64,000 nt of DNA from Macrostomum lignano. Lineage: Eukaryota. Both the position numbers and the translations under genes were made by a program. A model generated the notes under the pieces. It worked only from the letters and a program-made list of their open reading frames with translations. It was not told the origin of the DNA and did not search any database. Positions 46,990-64,000 of the stretch are shown piece after piece (position 1 is the first letter of the stretch; each line of letters begins with the position of its first letter). The stretch is from contig NIVC01001863.1 in NCBI GenBank assembly GCA_002269645.1, forward strand, positions 1 to 64,000, in the 5' to 3' direction.

Positions 46990-47477
46990 GCTTCGATTGA
47001 ATGAAAAAAAATCTAAATGAATAAATGAAACTTTTAACTATCCGTGCATATACGCAAAAGAAAATTCATGCTTATACTCGTAAACCAGTTAAAAAATGTT
47101 TAATCTTATTTGAAAGGCATAAGCCGACGTTTTGCTCTGAGAAGACTTGCTACATTAAGTAACAGTTACTAAGAAATCAAGTAAGCGACTTCTAAAATGT
47201 ACTTTAAAAAACGTGGCTCAGAGAACTTCGACAGCTAGCTGGCTTAGCGGGGAGGAAACTTCAGTCTATGGCTGTCAGTCTGGCCAGCCTCAAAGCTGCC
47301 GTCTATGGCCGAAAGCGCGCGGCGCGGCCTGTAGCAGTCAGACCCTCCCTAGGAGCCAGAAACCAGCGCTCGGTTGCAGTCAAACAGGAGCAGCAAGCCC
47401 AGGAGAGCCAAGGCCCCCCCCCTTAAGCCACAGCAACACTTCAGTCGATCCCGAAAGCAGTCGGACCACAAATCGCC

Positions 47478-47936
47478 ATGTGCCGCCAAGTCGCCCTGAG
47501 CTGGAGGCCCACCCGCTGCGGTGAGATCCCCGACCGAGCCATCATCCTGGGCTCCAGCGTGCACATCGGCCGGGCCAAGCACGAGAACGAGGTGATCCCC
47601 GGCACCGGCATCCACGGCCAGCTGTACGTGCCCTACTGCGGCGAGGAGCACTGCCACGAGGACTACGAGGTGCTCTGCGACACCGCCCTGCAGTGCTTCG
47701 GCCAGGGCTACGAGTGGTGCCCCATCGACGCCAAGTGCGAGCCGGTCAACGTGCCGCCCACGGCCGTCATCGGCGGGCACACGGCCTGCAAGCAGCCGAT
47801 CTACATCGCCAGGGCCTGCATCAACGGTGAGTGGTGCGTCGGCAAGCTGAGCGAGGGCCAGTCCATCGCCTGCTTCCCGTACGGCGGCAAGGAGGTGCCC
47901 CTGGAGGAGTACGACCTTCTGGTGTACTGCCCCTGA
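47478..47936 (+). CDS. Tandem DM9 (DUF3421) repeat protein, 152 aa, intronless
   Basis: Two DM9-like repeats: W...G.IP..AI..G...HIGRAKH....IPG...YVPYCGEE....YEVL and W........PPTAVIGG......IYIARA.......GK.....A.FPYGGKE....YDLL. Confidence 0.88.
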   Translation: MCRQVALSWRPTRCGEIPDRAIILGSSVHIGRAKHENEVIPGTGIHGQLYVPYCGEEHCHEDYEVLCDTALQCFGQGYEWCPIDAKCEPVNVPPTAVIGGHTACKQPIYIARACINGEWCVGKLSEGQSIACFPYGGKEVPLEEYDLLVYCP

Positions 47937-48509
47937 AGTGGCGGCCGCCGCGGCGCGAGATTTTCTGTTTGACCAAGATCCGCCCACCCGCTGGGCTTCA
48001 GCGACTGACAACCAAGAGACTTTAAATGACCGAAAAAAACATTTTTATGTTGTCAACAAACAAAAGAGGAAGGCGGCTGTTTCGAATACACAGAACTCTT
48101 TTGCTGTGATTTGATTTTTTAAACCGTTTTTTTAAGACTTTGACTCCTTTCCAGATTTCAAAAATAGAATTGTCTCTAGGGGCCAGCCGTAAACTTACCT
48201 GCCAAGTTGAAACTCTAAACGGTTTTGAGTCAATCCTGTGTACAGCCTGCTTTTGAAGGCCAAACTTGACTAATTCAGATCGGGTTCAAGGGGTTCAAGG
48301 ACATCCTGGAGGTTAAAGGACGCTCGGGATTCCACGGATCGGGGCTTTGGGATCAGAGCTCAGGATTGAGCTATTCGGGGTCAAAAGTTGCTCCCACGGA
48401 GCTGGTGGGTTCTAGGTTCAGGTATTCAGGATTCTGCGTTCAGGTGGGACGGTCTTGCAGTCTACCCTACCGGCGAGGACAGACGCGCACTCGGGTTTGG
48501 TTTTCAGGG

Positions 48510-48835
48510 GGTCAGAGGTACATCAGGGGCTCATCAGAGGTTCTTCAAAGGCTTCATCAGAGGTTCCTCAAAGGCTCATAAGATGTTCTTCAAAGGCTCA
48601 TCAGGGGCTCAGATGTACATCATGGCTTAGGGGTACATCAAGGGCTCAACAGAGGGCTCAGAGGTACATCAGGGGCTCATCAGAGGTTCCTAAAAGGCTC
48701 ATGAGGGCTCAGAGGTACATCAGGGGCTCATCAGAGGTTCCTCAAAGGCTCATCAGGGGATCAGAGGTACATCAGAGGCTCATCAGGGGCTCATCAGGGG
48801 CTCAGGGGTTCATCAGGGGCTCAGAGGATCATCAG
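48510..48835. repeat. Degenerate minisatellite (catcaggggctcatcagaggtt-like)
   Basis: Recurrent catcagggg/ctcagagg motifs. Confidence 0.7.
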
Positions 48836-49284
48836 GGTTCCAGAGACATAATTTTTGGTCCTGTGCTGGCAAAGCGAATTCGAATGCCGCTGAGATATTT
48901 AGCAGTGCATTATCATAGCAGACCTATCAGTTAGCGCTGATGAAGCACTCAGCATCCGCAACGGGGCCAATCTCGTGCCCCAAAGCGACCGGACCCCGCA
49001 GCCTGGTCAAGCACCTCTCCCAGGGGACCTGGCTGCCTCTCCTCGCTTCTCCAACTTGCAACGAAAGCTTCAGCTACCCTCCGCGATAAAAATGTAAATT
49101 TACCGAGGCGAAAAAGTTAGTGAGAGTATAGCTGAGGTCTCAAATTGCTCAGCCCCTGCTCACGTTGAGCGCCAGTTACGTTTGAGCAGGCTTACTCAGC
49201 CAGCACTGAGCCCTTGCAGAGCGCGCAGCTCAGATCTGGGCGACATCAAAAGCAGCCGAAAGCTGGCAGTCGTCAAACTTAAGT

Positions 49285-50405
49285 CCGAGAGGGAGATGGG
49301 AGCGAGAGAGGGGAGATGTGAGTGAGAGGGGAGATGGGAGTGAGAGGGGAGATGTGAGTAAGAGGGGAAATGGGAATGAAAGGGGAGATAGGAGTGAGAG
49401 GGGAGATGTGAGTGAGAGGGGAGATGTGAGTGAGAGGTGAGATGGGAGTGAGAGGGGAGATGTGAGTGAGAGGGGAGATGGGAGTGAGAGGGGAGATGGG
49501 AGTGAGAGGGGAGATGGGAGTGAGAGGTGAGATGGGAGTGAGAGGGGAGATGGGAGTGAGAGGGGAGATGGGAGTGAGAGGGGAGATGTGAGTGAGAGAG
49601 GAAATGGGAGTGAGAGGAGAGATCTGAGTGAGAGGGGAGATGGGAGTGAGAGGGGAGATGTAAGTAAGAGGGGAAATGGTAATGAAAGGGGAGATAGGAG
49701 TGAGAGGGGAGATGTGAGTGAGAGGGGAGATGTGAGTGAGAGGGGAGATGGGAGTGAGAGGGGAGATGGGAGTGAGAGGGGAGATGGCAGTGAGAGGTGA
49801 GATGGGAGTGAGAGGGGAGATGGGAGTGAGAGGGGAGATGTGAGTGAGAGGGGAGATGGGAGCGAGAGGGGAGATGTGAGTGAGAGGGGAGATGAGAGTG
49901 AGAGGGGAGATGGGAGTGAGAGGTGAGATGGGAGTGAGAGGTGAGATGGGAGTGAGAGGGGAGATGTGAGTGAGAGGGGAGATGTGAGTGAGAGGGGAGA
50001 TGGGAGTGAGAGGGGAGATGGGAGTGAGAGGGGAGATGGGAGTGAGAGGGGAGATGGGAGTGAGAGGGGAGATGTGAGTGAGAGGGGAGATGGGAGTGAG
50101 AGGGGAGATGGGAGTGAGAGGGGAGATGGGAGTGAGAGGGGAGATGGGAGTGAGAGGTGAGATGGGAGCGAGAGGGGAGATGGGAGTGAGAGGGGAGATG
50201 GGAGTGAGAGGTGAGATGGGAGTGAGAGGGGAGATGGGAGTGAGAGGTGAGATGGGAGTGAGAGGGGAGATGGGAGTGAGAGGGGAGATGTGAGTGAGAG
50301 GGGAGATGTGAGTGAGAGGGGAGATGGGAGTGAGAGGAGAGATCGGAGGGAGAGGAGAAGATGGGAGTGAGAGGGGAGATGGGAGTGAGAGGGTTAGTGG
50401 AGAGA
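49285..50405. repeat. 18-bp purine-rich minisatellite (gagaggggagatgggagt)n
   Basis: Direct tandem copies, almost purely purine on the + strand. Confidence 0.92.
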
Positions 50406-51072
50406 AGGTAGAGAGAGGGTGCTACGAAAGGTAAGAGAATGGCAGAGATCGGGGAGAGGTAAGGGAAGAGTAGGGAGGGAGATGGGATAAAGGACTGGTA
50501 GTGTGGGTTAAAGAGATGGAGGTAGGGGTTGAGGGGAGAAATATGAAGAAGGGAAAAGGACAAGGAGAGGGGAGATTGGAGGGAGAGGAGAAAGGGGGTG
50601 AAGAGATGGCAGGTTGGAGCAGCTTGGAGACTTCACAGATCTTGGCAATGCCCGAAAGCATTATGAAGTCCCTTTACTTCAGCGGGAGAGAAATGCAGAT
50701 TAACAAAGAAAAGGCTAAATGGTCAATTTTTCATAAGCTAATGATAGAACACGCAGGCAAACAGCTGCCTGTCGGGGCGCATCTCTCTTGGATTCGCCGG
50801 GACCGGGCGATTTGCATTTCTTCAGCCGGGACTCCCGAGGGACTCCCGCTTGATGGCGGGGAGACAAATTTTGCAAATTTTTATGCCCTCGCGAAGCAGC
50901 AGGGAGCGACGCTTGCCCGTTTTTTTCCAGATAGATGAAGCTGGTCGGGGGAGGCTGGGATGATGGATGATTGGCGCGGCACCCGAGCTGGGGGCTCCTG
51001 TTGAATTTCGGCTGTTTAAATATAAAAATGCGGGGAATTGAGAGACTGCGGGATCCGACTGACAGCTTCATC

Positions 51073-62156
<11,084 letters not shown>

Positions 62157-62274
62157 CCGCTGTGCTCTGAGCTCTGGGGGATCTCGCTGCAATGGCAACG
62201 AATGAAAACTATGTGGGACATTGGCAGTGCCCTGTGTTTCAGGCATTTTCTTGATTTCATTGGGTTTTACTGAG

Positions 62275-63167
62275 GCCAGATTGGAGCTAGACTGTGCCAG
62301 GTTGAGGCTAGACTGCCAGGTTGAGGCTAGACTGTGTCAGGTTGAGGCTAGACTGTGTCAGGTTGAGGCTAGACTGTGTCAGGTTGAGGCTAGACCGTCA
62401 GTTTGAGGCTAGACTGTCAGTTTGAGGCTAGACTGTGTCAGGTTGAGGCTAGACTGTCAGTTTGAGGCTAGACTGTCAGTTTGAGGCTAGACTGTGCCAG
62501 GTTGAGGCTAGACTGTCAGTTTGAGGCTAGACTGTGTCAGGTTGAGGCTAGACTGTGTCAGGTTGAGGCTAGACCGTCAGTTTGAGGCTAGACTGTCAGG
62601 TTGAGGCTAGACTGTGTCAGGTTGAGGCTAGACTGTGCCAGGTTGAGGCTAGACTGTGTCAGGTTGAGGCTAGACTGTGTCAGTTTGAGGCTAGACTGTG
62701 TCAGGTTGAGGCTAGACTGTGTCAGGTTGAGGCTAGACTGTGTCAGGTTGGGGCTAGACTGTGTCAGGTTGGGGCTAGACTGTGTCAGTTTGAGGCTAGA
62801 CTGTGTCAGGTTGGGGCTAGACTGTGTCAGTTTGAGGCTAGACTGTGTCAGGTTGGGGCTAGACTGTGTCAGGTTGAGGCTAGACTGTGTCAGGTTGAGG
62901 CTAGACTGTGTCAGGTTGGGGCTAGACTGTGCCAGGTTGGGGCTAGACTGTGCCAGGTTGGGGCTAGACTGTGCCAGGTTGGGGCTAGACTGTGCCAGGT
63001 TGGGGCTAGACTGTGCCAGGTTGGGGCTAGACTGTGTCAGGTTGAGGCTAGACTGTGTCAGGTTGGGGCTAGACTGTGTCAGGTTGGGGCTAGACTGTGT
63101 CAGGTTGGGGCTAGACTGTGTCAGGTTGAGGCTAGACTGTGTCAGGTTGGGGCTAGACTGTGTCAGA
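62275..63167. repeat. 21-bp minisatellite (gctagactgtgtcaggttgag)n downstream of the neprilysin stop
   Basis: Direct tandem copies. Confidence 0.93.
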
Positions 63168-63858
63168 ACTAATTGCCCACTTTGCTTGTCCAGCGCAGAC
63201 AGACTGCAGCAAATACAATGCGCACTCGAGTCAGTCATAAACTTTTTATGACTCAAACATGAACTAACTTGACAACCTCCGACTTCATAAATAATTCCAA
63301 ATTTAATTTGTGTAAACACTCTATTTATGTATCAAATAAGCTTGTTTGTGTTTTCGTGTTGCATGTCATCAACTGGGAAATTTCAACTTGGCCGTCTGTC
63401 ATCAATAATGGGGAGGGGGTTGGCGGGGGCCGATTATTATCGAGCTCGGTTGCGCAACCGGCCGAAATCCTCAGTTCTAAATTGCTCTCGGTGTATAAGC
63501 ATCAAAAAAATAATAGAACTGACTGCCCATGGTGGGGGTGACAAATGATCTGGGGGTGGTAATGGAGGTTGCGCAACCAGCCGGACCCCTGGGGTGCAGC
63601 GGGAATGAGGAAAACTGATAAGAAATGAAATATGCGACCCGCACCCCCGTTTCAACGGTTGGTTCCACGGCGAGAGTGGCTGACTCGGGCTGGGGGGTTG
63701 TGCAACCGGGGGCGGCTCGCTTTGCTGAATGGCCACGAGAGTCCGTGGGGATGCCACAGGGCAGGCAGCAACTGCTGACAGCATTTAGAAAATACAAACT
63801 GATGCTGTTTGATGGGGCAGAGATAGTGAAATTCGATAGGTGTCAAACTGCTCTGCAG

Positions 63859-64000
<142 letters not shown>

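Noticed and set aside
48850-50940. Possible exons flanking the GA-rich array (e.g. ORF 50501-50938)
   Set aside because: Could not build an in-phase model or recognise a domain.

Overview
Eukaryotic (animal) genomic DNA with GC-rich spliced exons separated by AT-rich or minisatellite-filled introns. The style suggests a free-living flatworm such as Macrostomum; this is inference, not a database match. Genes I could splice by hand with canonical GT-AG sites in compatible phases: (1) a minus-strand secreted protein with signal peptide + WSC domain + Lys/Arg-rich segment that appears to run into >=23 tandem 83-aa repeats (57% R/K, no acidic residue) and off the left edge; (2) Rogdi; (3) a Delta/DSL-like EGF membrane protein; (4) a DDX3/Vasa-class DEAD-box helicase with no evident ATG before its N-terminal extension; (5) a two-WSC secreted protein with apparent frameshifts; (6) an intronless tandem-DM9 protein; (7) a 13-exon neprilysin/M13 peptidase; plus two orphan ORFs. 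Mobile DNA: an internally deleted Ty3/Gypsy element inserted in a satellite (5-bp TSD), two hAT-type MITEs (perfect 8-bp TSDs) that each carry a degenerate copy of the 28S rRNA R2-target region, a larger non-autonomous hAT element, two tRNA-derived SINEs, a LINE RT fragment and a ~430-bp promoter-like dispersed repeat. About 25 different tandem arrays are present, mostly one private array per intron. Best leads: the giant secreted polycationic repeat protein and the 28S-fragment-carrying MITE family. Scattered 1-bp indels suggest long-read consensus errors, so frameshifts are not proof of pseudogenisation. No CRISPR, rRNA gene or intact tRNA gene was found. Repeat boundaries are approximate.
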